From NCBI GenBank assembly GCA_003671185.1, contig QWPN01000116.1, positions 1 to 50,986 of the forward strand: DNA of 50,986 bases. The letters run 5' to 3'. The DNA is from Planctomycetota bacterium (GTDB lineage Bacteria; Planctomycetota; Planctomycetia; Pirellulales; UBA1268). Below are positions 29,908-39,874 of the stretch, piece by piece (within the stretch, counting starts at the first letter, position 1; each line of letters begins with the position of its first letter). Position numbers and translations under genes: made by a program. The notes under the pieces were generated by a model. That model made no database searches. It saw only the letters and a list, made by a program, of their open reading frames with translations, and had not been told where the DNA came from.

Positions 29908-30339
29908 GTGTATCGGACGCTCGTCGTATTCGCGTTGCTGGCTGCCATGTGCCTGGCCCACACCGGGGCATGCCTGGCCCAGAACGCTGCCTTTCTGAAC
30001 CGCACGCCGCAGAAAGCCGGGCTCCTGGCCCGCCTGAACCGCTCACGGCTGCCCACGCTACCGGGGCTTCCCACCGCCAGCCCGCTGGGGCTGATCGCGC
30101 CCCGCCTCAGCAACGCCGCGTCACTCGTGCAACTGGGTGGCATGCGCAGCCAAGCGGGGCGTCTCAGCGCGCTCGGCATCCTGTCACCCCGGGTCAGCCC
30201 GCTGGTGGCGCTCGTGCGCACACCTCCCAAGACCCGCCAGGCCCGGTTCCTGTACGGCCTCACGATCCTGTCACCGCGGGCCACGGTGCTCGTGGGCATG
30301 CTGCAGGCCTCGCGGGGGCTGGCCTCGTCGCTGAACTAG
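29908..30339 (+). CDS. Secreted cationic hypothetical protein with internal repeats
   Basis: AAGGAG RBS 7 nt before GTG 29908; signal peptide; repeats LGLIAPR / LGILSPR / LTILSPR; no Asp or Glu. Confidence 0.55.
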   Translation: MYRTLVVFALLAAMCLAHTGACLAQNAAFLNRTPQKAGLLARLNRSRLPTLPGLPTASPLGLIAPRLSNAASLVQLGGMRSQAGRLSALGILSPRVSPLVALVRTPPKTRQARFLYGLTILSPRATVLVGMLQASRGLASSLN

Positions 30340-30493
30340 ACATCTGCGATCCGGATCGGGACGTCGGGCGCCCGTCATGGTGATCGTGCATCGGCCGGGC
30401 AGAGCATGCGGGATACCCCCGCGGCTCTGCCCGGCTTCGTTGCGGGACGCCGCTGCGAACGCCCTGCCCATCGGGCAGACGAGGCCGCGGCAC

Positions 30494-31711
30494 TCAACGA
30501 TTCAACCACACCACCGGTGAATTGACGCTGGCGTCGCCCCACACGCCAGCCCCGCTGGCGTTGATCATGAAAGCGGTCACCCCGGCGGGAAGCGGCTTGC
30601 TCGCGATCACCTCGCCATTGCCGATGGTGCAGGGAATGGTGGCAAGGGACGGGTTCTTCCAGTCAGCAGCCGTCGTGTAGCCGACCGCGGCGCTTTTGAT
30701 CTCACCGCTGACCTTGGCGTGCACCAGCCCATCCTGCGGATCGACCCGCGGCCGCTCAAATCTTGGCATCGGCGGCCCGTCCTTGACGATGCTGTTGGCG
30801 AACCCGCCGATCTCCCAGACCTCCTCCCAGCCGAACCCGTGTCCGTGAATCAAAAACGGACGGATGCAGATGGTGCTCGTTCCCCCGGCCACCTCGGCCG
30901 ACCTGGTCAACGAATCGATCGGATAGGGATCGTTGAAGCCACTCACCCAAAGCATGGGCATCTTCGCGTGTGGCAGATGGGCGGCCGGATCCCACTTCTC
31001 CAGATAGACGCGATACTGCTCAGGCGTCATGTCGTGCTTGTGAATGAAGCCCCCGTGATAGACGGGAATTACGAAGGCGAACCGTGGATCCACACCGGCC
31101 ACGGTGCTAACGATCGTTCCACCCCAGGAGATGCCCGTGAGCCCAATTTTGTTGGGGTTGATCTCCGGATAGGAGCGCAGCAGCGAGTTGGCCCGGATCA
31201 CGTCGGCGACCGCGTGATAGAACCACTGCTCCTGGTCGGGCAGGGCGATGTCGCCAAACCAGCTGATGCGCTTGGGTCCGGCATGGTCGTGCCCCTGATC
31301 GGCGGGAAAGCCGGCGGGCACGCCGAAATGGGTGCCCCCCGGCAGATGCCCTTCCAGATCGATCGCGATGGCGGCGTAGCCGTTCTTATTCCACTGCGCG
31401 ATCCAGGCCGGAAACGCCGTGCCACCTCCACCGTGCGCGCAGACGACCGCCGGCCAACCGCCCTCGGGTGGTTGGCCGCCAGGGGCGGAGTAATAGGCGA
31501 ACACCCAGGTCGGCTTTCCCTTGTAGTCCGCGCCCTCGTAGAAGAATGACTTCATGCCGTTCACGGCCCGTTCCGTGGTGGCGTGCACCGGGGGAACCTT
31601 CGACAGCGCCTCCACGTCCCACGGCATGATCCGCGCGGCGGGCGCCGGTTCGGCGGCGGCGCGGCCCACGAGGATCGCGGTCATCAACGGAACAAGCCAC
31701 TTCATGCGCAT
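30494..31711 (-). CDS. Secreted alpha/beta hydrolase (acetylxylan esterase / dienelactone hydrolase-like)
   Basis: GAGGAG RBS, signal peptide, HGGGG, GISWGG nucleophile elbow, HGH. Confidence 0.8.
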   Translation of the reverse strand: MRMKWLVPLMTAILVGRAAAEPAPAARIMPWDVEALSKVPPVHATTERAVNGMKSFFYEGADYKGKPTWVFAYYSAPGGQPPEGGWPAVVCAHGGGGTAFPAWIAQWNKNGYAAIAIDLEGHLPGGTHFGVPAGFPADQGHDHAGPKRISWFGDIALPDQEQWFYHAVADVIRANSLLRSYPEINPNKIGLTGISWGGTIVSTVAGVDPRFAFVIPVYHGGFIHKHDMTPEQYRVYLEKWDPAAHLPHAKMPMLWVSGFNDPYPIDSLTRSAEVAGGTSTICIRPFLIHGHGFGWEEVWEIGGFANSIVKDGPPMPRFERPRVDPQDGLVHAKVSGEIKSAAVGYTTAADWKNPSLATIPCTIGNGEVIASKPLPAGVTAFMINASGAGVWGDASVNSPVVWLNR

Positions 31712-31797
31712 GTGTGCTCCTCGGTGTGTCGGGTGACGAATGACAGAGTCATGGTGCCAATGCGCCCCGTGCGGGGCCGGACTCGAATCAGGGTGTA

Positions 31798-32568
31798 TCA
31801 GGTCTGCGGGTCTGCATCCCCGACCGCGGCGTCGGAGCGAAGTTGCACCAATGCATTGGAGGCGGCACGCTGCTCCGCCTCCTTCTTGTTGCGCCCCCAG
31901 GCGGGGGCATAGCGACGGCTGCCGATCTGGGCAGAGACGTGGAAGTTCTTGCTGTGGTCCGGACCACTCTCTTCGATCACCTCGTACGTCGGGGTGACCC
32001 CGAAATCCCGCTGCGCCCACTGCTGCAGGAGCGACTTGTGGTTCGACCCCTGCGCTCCGCACGCCACCTGCTCGATTTCCGGCCCCAGCATCCGGGCCAC
32101 GAGCGGCCGCACCGCGTCCATGCCGCCATCGAGGTAGATGGCCGCCACCAGCGACTCGAACAGGTCGGACAGCACCGACGGAGGCACCGGCCGGTTCACC
32201 GCCAGGCCCTTGCCCACGATGAGGAAGTCGATGAGCCGCAGGTGTTCACTGATCCGACTGCACGTTTCGCGGCTCACCACGACCGACTTGATCCGCGTCA
32301 GATCACCCTCCAGGGAATCGGGAAACGCCCTGTACAGCGTCTCGCAGACGAGAAACCCGAGGATCGCATCACCCAGGAACTCGAGCCGCTCGTTCGACGC
32401 CAGACGATGCTGGGCGCCGGAGGCGTGGGTCAAGGCGGCCACGAGCAGCAACGGGTCGCGGAATTCGTAGCCGATACGCCGCTGGCACTCGGCCACGTCA
32501 ACGCCCGGTGGCGGCGGAACCTGGCCGTCGCCCTGCCCCGCTCCATCCTGTGCCGGCTGCCGGATCAT
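31798..32568 (-). CDS. rnc: Ribonuclease III
   Basis: NERLEFLGDA signature, SDLFESLVAAIYLDGG, dsRBD with GPDHSK and NKKEAEQ. Confidence 0.97.
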   Translation of the reverse strand: MIRQPAQDGAGQGDGQVPPPPGVDVAECQRRIGYEFRDPLLLVAALTHASGAQHRLASNERLEFLGDAILGFLVCETLYRAFPDSLEGDLTRIKSVVVSRETCSRISEHLRLIDFLIVGKGLAVNRPVPPSVLSDLFESLVAAIYLDGGMDAVRPLVARMLGPEIEQVACGAQGSNHKSLLQQWAQRDFGVTPTYEVIEESGPDHSKNFHVSAQIGSRRYAPAWGRNKKEAEQRAASNALVQLRSDAAVGDADPQT

Positions 32569-32791
32569 GTGGCGGAGTCCTCGTTTCCACGGGAAAAATA
32601 CGCATCTTTCCCGGGGGATGTCAACGGGCTGGCCTCTGCGCGGCCACCCGTCGAACCATCCGCCCGCGGGCTGCGTACCATGTCCATCGACATGTCACGT
32701 CCCACCCCCACCGGACCACTCGGCCCGGGTGGACCCGTTTGGGGCGGACGTGTCAGGTCGCCCGGATCGAAGCCCTCGACATAGGTGAGCC

Positions 32792-34333
32792 ATGACAATG
32801 ACACCCTCTCGACGCTGCCGCACGATCGACTGCACGCTGCGGCCCGCCGCTCCTCGCACGCTCTGCGTGCTCTGCACCGCCACCGCCCTGGCCCTCGCGG
32901 CCGCTCTGTCGGTCGTCCGTGCCGACGAGGCCCAGAACGCGGCGGCCCTCAGCCATGCCACCGCTCTCTCCGCCGCCTTCCGCCATGCAGCCGAGGTGGC
33001 CACGCCCAGCGTGGTGGTGGTGCGCAGCGAGGCGAAGCCCAAGGCGCGCCCGGGCCGCGGCCCGCGGGTTCGCGGCGACAACCCGCTGCAGGGCACTCCC
33101 TTCGAGGGCATGTTCCCCGACGGCCTGCCCGAAGGCTTCGAGTTCCAGATGCCGGAGGGCCGTTCGGCACCGCGGTCGGGCACCGGATCTGGAGTCATTG
33201 TCGACGCCTCCGGGATCGTGATCACGAACAACCATGTCGTCGAGGGCGCCGACGAGGTCACGGTGGAGCTGGCAGACGGCCGCGAGTTCAAGGCGACCGA
33301 GATCAAGACCGACCCGGAGAGCGACCTGGCCGTGATCCGCCTGGCCGAGGCCAAGGGGCTGCCGGTGGCGAAGATCGGCGACTCCGACAAGCTCTCGACC
33401 GGCGACTGGGTGATCGCCATCGGCACCCCGTTCGAGTTGGAGACGACCGTCAGCGCGGGAATCATCAGCGGCAAGGGGCGTGAACTGGGCGGTGTGCGCC
33501 GCGCCCAGTTTCTGCAGACCGACGCCGCTATCAACCCGGGCAACTCGGGCGGTCCGCTCGTCAACCTGTCGGGCGAGGTCGTGGGCATAAACACCGCCAT
33601 CGCCACAAGCAGCGGCGGTTACCAGGGGATCGGCTTCGCGATTCCCATGAACCTCGCCACGTGGGTGACAGGCCAGTTGATCGCCAAGGGCTCCGTGGAG
33701 CGGGCCTACATCGGCGTGCAGATGGGGCCGCTCGACACGCGGATGGCAGCCAAGCTCGGCGCCGCCGGACGGCGCGGCGTGCTCGTCAACGATGTGGTTC
33801 CCGACTCGCCCGCGGCTGCCGCAGGCGTGCAGGAACTCGACATCATCACCGCCTTCGACGAGCAGCCCGTGCAGGGGTTGCGGTCGTTGCAGGAGATCGT
33901 CGAGCGGTCGTCAATCGGCAAGCCGCACACGCTCACAGTGCTGCGGGATGGCAGGCAGATGACGCTCACCGTGAACGTGAAGCCGCTGCCGGGCGATTTG
34001 GCGAAGCGCGGCCGTAACGCCCCCCTGCGGGCCGAGGCGGGCGAGGAGACCTACTATTCGAAGGACTTCGGCATCGAGGTCCGGGACAAGTCGTCAGTGG
34101 CACAAGACGCGTATGCCGACTTCGAGGGCGTACTCGTCGATCGCGTCGACTCCGACGGCGTGGCGGCCTCGTCCGGCATCGGCCCGGGCATGCTGGTGCG
34201 GAAGGTGGGCAAGAAGCCGGTGGCGTCGGTCGCGGAGTTCACCGCCGCGATCGAGGCGGAGTCGCCCGCCGACGGCGTCGTGCTACAGGTGCGGACTCCC
34301 CGCGGCAATGCAGTGGTGCTCTTGAAAAAGTGA
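32792..34333 (+). CDS. Do/HtrA family serine endopeptidase with two PDZ domains
   Basis: TNNHVV, SDLAV, TDAAINPGNSGGPL; signal peptide. Confidence 0.93.
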   Translation: MTMTPSRRCRTIDCTLRPAAPRTLCVLCTATALALAAALSVVRADEAQNAAALSHATALSAAFRHAAEVATPSVVVVRSEAKPKARPGRGPRVRGDNPLQGTPFEGMFPDGLPEGFEFQMPEGRSAPRSGTGSGVIVDASGIVITNNHVVEGADEVTVELADGREFKATEIKTDPESDLAVIRLAEAKGLPVAKIGDSDKLSTGDWVIAIGTPFELETTVSAGIISGKGRELGGVRRAQFLQTDAAINPGNSGGPLVNLSGEVVGINTAIATSSGGYQGIGFAIPMNLATWVTGQLIAKGSVERAYIGVQMGPLDTRMAAKLGAAGRRGVLVNDVVPDSPAAAAGVQELDIITAFDEQPVQGLRSLQEIVERSSIGKPHTLTVLRDGRQMTLTVNVKPLPGDLAKRGRNAPLRAEAGEETYYSKDFGIEVRDKSSVAQDAYADFEGVLVDRVDSDGVAASSGIGPGMLVRKVGKKPVASVAEFTAAIEAESPADGVVLQVRTPRGNAVVLLKK

Positions 34334-34357
34334 GCCCCGGCGGGGCAACCTGTGCTC

Positions 34358-35071
34358 ATGGCCACGCTTGGAGTCAACATCGACCACGTCGCCACCGTAC
34401 GGCAGGCTCGCCGCACGGTGGAGCCGGATCCCGTCTGGGCGGCCGCGCTGGCCGAACTGGGCGGGGCGGACGTGATCACGGTGCACCTCCGCGAGGACCG
34501 TCGCCACATCCAGGACCGTGATCTGGAGGTGCTGCGGCGCACCGTGCAGGTGCCGCTCAACCTGGAATGCGCCGTATCGCCGGCGATGATCGAGATCGCC
34601 TGCCGCGTTCGCCCCGACCTGGTGACGCTCGTCCCGGAGAAGCGAGAAGAGGTGACGACGGAGGGCGGGCTCGACGTGGTCGGCCATGAGGCCGCCGTGC
34701 GCGAGGCGGTTGCCCGCCTGCACGATGCCGGTATTCCCGCCTCGCTGTTCATCGACCCGAGCGCTCGGCAGATCGATGCCACCGTCGAGAGTGGGGCGCG
34801 GGCCGCTGAACTGCACACGGGCTGCTACGCCAATGCCGGCACCGAGGCCGAACGGCACGACCGGCTCGTGGAGCTGTCCCGGGCTGGCTCGATGGTGCGG
34901 GCGGCAAAGCTCGACCTCCACGCCGGTCACGGCCTCACCTACCGCAACGTGGTGCCGGTGGCGCGGCTGGAGGGAATGGGTGAGCTCAACATCGGGCATT
35001 CGATCGTGGCCCGTGCGGTGCTCGTGGGCTTCGCGCAGGCCGTGCGCGAGATGAAGGCCCTCATCTCCTGA
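34358..35071 (+). CDS. pdxJ: Pyridoxine 5'-phosphate synthase
   Basis: [43 protein letters not shown]. Confidence 0.97.
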   Translation: MATLGVNIDHVATVRQARRTVEPDPVWAAALAELGGADVITVHLREDRRHIQDRDLEVLRRTVQVPLNLECAVSPAMIEIACRVRPDLVTLVPEKREEVTTEGGLDVVGHEAAVREAVARLHDAGIPASLFIDPSARQIDATVESGARAAELHTGCYANAGTEAERHDRLVELSRAGSMVRAAKLDLHAGHGLTYRNVVPVARLEGMGELNIGHSIVARAVLVGFAQAVREMKALIS

Positions 35072-35074
35072 GCG

Positions 35075-36796
35075 CTATCTGGGCTGGCCGGCGAAGGCCT
35101 CGGGCTCGGTGAGCACGAACATGTGTCCGTGATCGCTGGTCACGATCACGACCGTGTCCTTCCACGCATCGCGCCGCTCGATCCAGTCGACGACCGCACG
35201 AAACGCCTTGTCTCCGCTCTTCACGGCCCCGATGCAGGTGTCGATGTTGTTGGCGTGCGACGCCCAGTCGACGTCGCCCGCCTCCACCATGAGCCAGAAG
35301 TTGCCCCGGCTGGCGAGCACGTCGAGCGCCGCGCGGGTCATGTCGGCGAGTGTCGGATTCTCGTCGATGTCGGCCGCCGTGTAGCGGATCGCGGAGCCGT
35401 ACTTGAGCCGCAGCGGATCGACCTCGCCCGTGGCCGGCACACCGCCCGCCGGCTCGAAGTCGCCGTCGGCGGTCTGCAGGGGCAGGTTTCCCTCGGCGGT
35501 GCCGAAAAAGCCGAACAGCCGCAGTTTCCGCTGCACGGCGTCGACGGCGGCCTCCGCCAACACCTCGCCGCCGCGGCGCCCCGCCGTCCGCGTGGCCACG
35601 CGGTAGCCGCCCCCCTGGCGGGCATCGATCGCCGCCAGCGTCGAGTCGGCGACGTACTTGTTGCCGGTTTCGAAGTTCCGCCCCTGGTCCTTCTCCACAT
35701 CCTTGTGCACCCCCCGGCCGCCGCCGATCAGGACGTCGAGGCCCGGCAGCGGCTGCTCGCGATGCGAGATGGAGGGCTGTCCGAGCATGTCGCGGGCGAT
35801 GTCCTGGTAGTCGTCGCGGGAGACGTTGTTGGCGTATGAGCAGGCGGGCGTGGCGTGTGATACCGGCACGCTCGACACCGCCCCCACCGCCCAGCCTCGG
35901 GCTTGCAGGATCCGCGCCACAGGCATGAGCGGAGCTCCCGTCACATCGACATTGATGGCGTCGTTGTACGTCTTACGGCCGCAGCACAAGGCCGTCGCCG
36001 AGGCCGCCGAATCGGTGACCGCATGAGGCCGATCACGGTCGCGGCCGATCAGGTAGCGGGGGCTGGCCAGGGGATCCCAGGCGGTCGTGCCGCCGCGGCC
36101 GGCCTCGTAGCCGCCCGATCGTTCGCCGCCCGGATTTCTCACGGTTTGTGCGTCGACGTCACATTTCGTGCCGTCGTTGGCGGGGCTCGTCACGCAGAGT
36201 CCGAAGTCGGTGGCCGTGCCGCGGTAATCCTGGAAGGCGAATCCCGTACCCCGGCCCTCGTCATAGGCCACCACACCGCTGACGGCGATCGCCGCGGTCC
36301 GCGTGGTGTGCCAGTCCATGCCGTCGAAAACGAAGAGCACGATCTGCTTCTTCCCGGCGTCGGCGGCCATCATCTGCAACCGCTGCACGTCGGTCTGATC
36401 GAAATAGTCGGCCTGCGGATTGAGCGTCCCTGCGGGATCGCGGCCGTACAGTTCCCGCAGGCGATGCTCGTCGCGGTAAGGGCTGTTGGTGCCAGACACT
36501 TCCGCCAGCGTCATGCCAAAGGTGTAGACCGGGATCAGCCGGTTCGAGTGGTTCGACCAGGACACGTAGCGGTCCGGCTGATCGCCCCAATGGCCCCACG
36601 CCGCGCGGCCATCGATCTCGGCGGCCGCCTGCATCTCCCGAATCCGATCGACCGCGTCCGCGACCGTCACTTCCGCGGAAGTCTCATCCGGCGCCGGAGC
36701 AGGCGCTGCCACCGGCGCCCCGGCTCGGGTCGTCTGCAGCAACGCCAACAGCGATCCCAGCAACGTCACACTGAGGCATGTCCGCAAGCTGTTCAT
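35075..36796 (-). CDS. Alkaline phosphatase (PhoA family), apparently circularly permuted
   Basis: FDGM, TDSAA (Ser nucleophile), SHATPA, EAGDVDWASH, TSDHGH; signal peptide. Start taken at ATG 36796. Confidence 0.88.
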   Translation of the reverse strand: MNSLRTCLSVTLLGSLLALLQTTRAGAPVAAPAPAPDETSAEVTVADAVDRIREMQAAAEIDGRAAWGHWGDQPDRYVSWSNHSNRLIPVYTFGMTLAEVSGTNSPYRDEHRLRELYGRDPAGTLNPQADYFDQTDVQRLQMMAADAGKKQIVLFVFDGMDWHTTRTAAIAVSGVVAYDEGRGTGFAFQDYRGTATDFGLCVTSPANDGTKCDVDAQTVRNPGGERSGGYEAGRGGTTAWDPLASPRYLIGRDRDRPHAVTDSAASATALCCGRKTYNDAINVDVTGAPLMPVARILQARGWAVGAVSSVPVSHATPACSYANNVSRDDYQDIARDMLGQPSISHREQPLPGLDVLIGGGRGVHKDVEKDQGRNFETGNKYVADSTLAAIDARQGGGYRVATRTAGRRGGEVLAEAAVDAVQRKLRLFGFFGTAEGNLPLQTADGDFEPAGGVPATGEVDPLRLKYGSAIRYTAADIDENPTLADMTRAALDVLASRGNFWLMVEAGDVDWASHANNIDTCIGAVKSGDKAFRAVVDWIERRDAWKDTVVIVTSDHGHMFVLTEPEAFAGQPR

Positions 36797-37079
36797 CGGT
36801 GACAGCATACCGATGCCGGCCCCGGCAGTCTTTTCATTTGCTCCCACACCCCTCTCAGTGCCGCGCCGTCGGGCAGATGAGTGCCCGATTGGGAACCACA
36901 TGGCGGGCCAGCTGGCTCACCGCCATCGTCAGCCCCGGGATTTTTTGGCCACTTTTTCGCCCCTTTGCCCCCGCCACCAGGGATCGCTCCTCGGCGCGGC
37001 GTTTGCTGTGTAAGGTGCACATGCGGTCGCCAGCCCGCTTGCCCCTGGCCGCTCACCCCCCCGCCTCGGATCGCCCACC

Positions 37080-39830
37080 GTGCCCGACGACGACCTCCTG
37101 CGCCGCGACGTGCGACTTCTCGGCGACATGCTCGGCGGCGTGATCCGTGATCTGGCCGGAGCACGGGCGTTCGACCTTGTGGAGGAGATCCGCCGTCTGG
37201 CCCGCGACCGTCGCGCCGGCCAGCACGAGGCCGAGGCCGTGCTCGCCACGCGGATCGAGTCGCTCGACGACGCGGACGCCACGATCGTGGCCCGCGCCTT
37301 CAGCATCTTCTTCGACCTCGTGAACATCGCCGAGGACCGGCAGCGGGTGCGGGTGCTGCGCAGCCGCGAGCTGCAGCGCCATCCACTCCCCGTGGGCGAG
37401 TCCCTGGCGGCGGCGATCGCTGAATTCAAGGAACGTGGCCTGGGTGTTGACGAGGTGCAGGCGGCCCTCGACCGGCTCGCCGTGGAACTCGTGTTCACGG
37501 CACATCCCAGCGAGGCCAAGCGACGCTCGATCCGCGCCAAGCTGCGGCGCATGCGGGCCAGCCTCCAGGCCCTCGACAGTCCCGAACTCCTGCCGCGCGA
37601 GCGGCTCCGCCACGAGACGGACATGCGCGGCGAGCTGACGGTCCTCTGGCAGACCGAGTTCCTCCGCCCCACGCGCCCCACGGTGCTCGACGAGGTCGAC
37701 CGGGGACTCTCCATCATGCCACGGATCTGGGAGGCGGTACCGCAGGTGCACGCATCGCTGCGCCGAGCCTTGGCCGACGCCTATCCCGGCCACGACTTTC
37801 GCCTGCCCGTGCCGCTCACGTTCGGCTCGTGGATGGGAGGCGACCGGGACGGCAACCCGTTCGTGACCGCCGAGGTAACCGCGCAGACGCTGCTGCGGCT
37901 CCGTGCAGCCGCCATCGCCGAGCACCTGGCCTGGTGTCACCGACTCCACGACCTGCTCACGGTCTCCGCCCGTTCCACGCCGCACGCGGCGCCGCTGGGC
38001 GACCGGCTCGCGGCCTTGGCTGCACGATGGCCGGCCCTGTCCGCCGCGCTGGAGCCGATCGCCGGCCACGAGATCTACCGGCGCTGGATCCGCATGATTC
38101 GCTTCCGCCTGGAGGCGGCGCAGGCGGCCAATCTCGAGGAAACGCCCGGCGACGAAGGCTACTGCACGGGGCCGGATCTGGAAGCCGACGTAGCCCTGCT
38201 CGTTGAGAGCCTGGCCCGCGACGTGGGCAGTTCCAGCGACTCGGCCGCCAGGGCCTGGCTCGACCTCGTGCGCACCTTCGGCCTGCATATGACCCGGCTC
38301 GACGTCCGCCAGGACGCCCGCGCCTACCGCGAGATCATGGCGGACATCCTGGCCGCCGCGGGCGTCCTCGAGTCGGCGGCCGCCTACGAGTCGCTCGATG
38401 ATCCCGGCCGGGCCCGTGTGCTGGCCGATACGTTGGGTAGCATCGGGCAGTTTCCTGACGAGGGTCTGCGGCCGCTGGCAGTTGACACGCTGCGGCTGTT
38501 CTCGCTCCTGCACAAGGCGGCCGTCCGCTTCGGACCGCAGTGCCTGGGCGGCGCCATCGTGAGCCTGACCCGCTGCCCCGCCGACGTGCTCTCCGTGCTC
38601 TGGCTGTGGCGCTGGGCGCAGCGTCGGGCCGGCGACTGTGGCGAGACGGTGTCGGGGCACGACATCGCCGTCGTGCCGCTGTTCGAAAAGATCAACGACC
38701 TCGCCCATGCCCACGAGACGCTGTCCACGATCCTCGACGAGCCCCGCTACCGGGACCACCTCCGCGGCCGGGGAGACCGGCAAATCGTGATGGTGGGATA
38801 CTCAGACAGCACGAAGGACGGCGGCTACCTGGCCGCCTGCTGCGGCCTGCAGGCCGCGCAGGGCAACCTGCACGCCGCCGCCGCCGCCCGCGGCGTGTCG
38901 ATCACGTTTTTCCACGGTCGGGGTGGGTCTTTAGGCAGGGGCGGCGGGCCAGCCGCTCGCGGCATCCTCTCCCTGCCGCCGGAGACACTCGACGGCACGC
39001 TGCGGCTCACGGAGCAGGGCGAGGTGCTCGCCGAACGCTACGACGACGCCGAGATCGCCCGCCGGCACCTCGAGCAGGTGCTGTGGGCCACGCTGGTCGC
39101 CTCGGGAGTCCGCCGCAGCGAGCCACGGCGCGAGTGGACCGCCGTGGCCGCGCGGATGGCGGAGCGGTCCTGGACGGTGTACCGCGACCTCGTCGACCAG
39201 CCGGGCTTCATCGGTTATTTCTCACAGACCACGCCCATCGACGACATCGAGAACCTGCCGATCGCGTCCCGTCCCTCGCGCCGCCGCGGCGAGCGCACGC
39301 TCGACGACCTGCGGGCCATCCCCTGGGTGTTCGCCTGGACGCAGAGCCGCTGCATGATCCCCGCCTGGTATGGGTTGGGCACGGCGCTGGCCGAGGTGAA
39401 ATACGAGGACCGCCGCGCCTGGCAGCACGTCTGCGACATGTACCGGCAGTGGCCCTTCTTTCAGGCCACGATCGACAACGCCACGCTGGCCCTGGCCAAG
39501 GCCGACATGTACGTCGCGCAGCGCTACTCCGAACTGGCCGAGGACGACGACGCCCGGCGTCGCATCTGGCACCTCATCGCCGCCGAACGCGACCGCACGC
39601 GGCAGGCCATCCTCGACATCGTCGGCGGCGGGGAACTGCTGGCCACGACGCCCTGGTTCCAGCGGTCGATCGAGGCCCGCAACCCCACCATCGATCCGCT
39701 CAATCTCGTGCAGATCGAGTTCATGCGCCGGCGCTGCCAAGCCGCGGCCTCGGGCGACCCCGAGGCCCACCGCGACCTGCTCCGTCTCTGCGTGCAGGGA
39801 ATCGCCGCCGGGATGCGCACCACGGGCTGA
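37080..39830 (+). CDS. ppc: Phosphoenolpyruvate carboxylase
   Basis: VFTAHP, SWMGGDRDGNP, MVGYSDSTKDGG, FHGRGGSLGRGG, RAIPWVF; C-terminus MRTTG. Confidence 0.96.
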   Translation: MPDDDLLRRDVRLLGDMLGGVIRDLAGARAFDLVEEIRRLARDRRAGQHEAEAVLATRIESLDDADATIVARAFSIFFDLVNIAEDRQRVRVLRSRELQRHPLPVGESLAAAIAEFKERGLGVDEVQAALDRLAVELVFTAHPSEAKRRSIRAKLRRMRASLQALDSPELLPRERLRHETDMRGELTVLWQTEFLRPTRPTVLDEVDRGLSIMPRIWEAVPQVHASLRRALADAYPGHDFRLPVPLTFGSWMGGDRDGNPFVTAEVTAQTLLRLRAAAIAEHLAWCHRLHDLLTVSARSTPHAAPLGDRLAALAARWPALSAALEPIAGHEIYRRWIRMIRFRLEAAQAANLEETPGDEGYCTGPDLEADVALLVESLARDVGSSSDSAARAWLDLVRTFGLHMTRLDVRQDARAYREIMADILAAAGVLESAAAYESLDDPGRARVLADTLGSIGQFPDEGLRPLAVDTLRLFSLLHKAAVRFGPQCLGGAIVSLTRCPADVLSVLWLWRWAQRRAGDCGETVSGHDIAVVPLFEKINDLAHAHETLSTILDEPRYRDHLRGRGDRQIVMVGYSDSTKDGGYLAACCGLQAAQGNLHAAAAARGVSITFFHGRGGSLGRGGGPAARGILSLPPETLDGTLRLTEQGEVLAERYDDAEIARRHLEQVLWATLVASGVRRSEPRREWTAVAARMAERSWTVYRDLVDQPGFIGYFSQTTPIDDIENLPIASRPSRRRGERTLDDLRAIPWVFAWTQSRCMIPAWYGLGTALAEVKYEDRRAWQHVCDMYRQWPFFQATIDNATLALAKADMYVAQRYSELAEDDDARRRIWHLIAAERDRTRQAILDIVGGGELLATTPWFQRSIEARNPTIDPLNLVQIEFMRRRCQAAASGDPEAHRDLLRLCVQGIAAGMRTTG

Positions 39831-39874
39831 CGGCGGCAACCCCGGCCACCCGCACACCGCCAGGGATCGCCACC

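Noticed and set aside
38540-39874. 888-aa ORF suggesting a fusion to Pfk
   Set aside because: The upstream part overlaps ppc in another frame and is Arg/Pro-rich shadow; Pfk starts at 39875.
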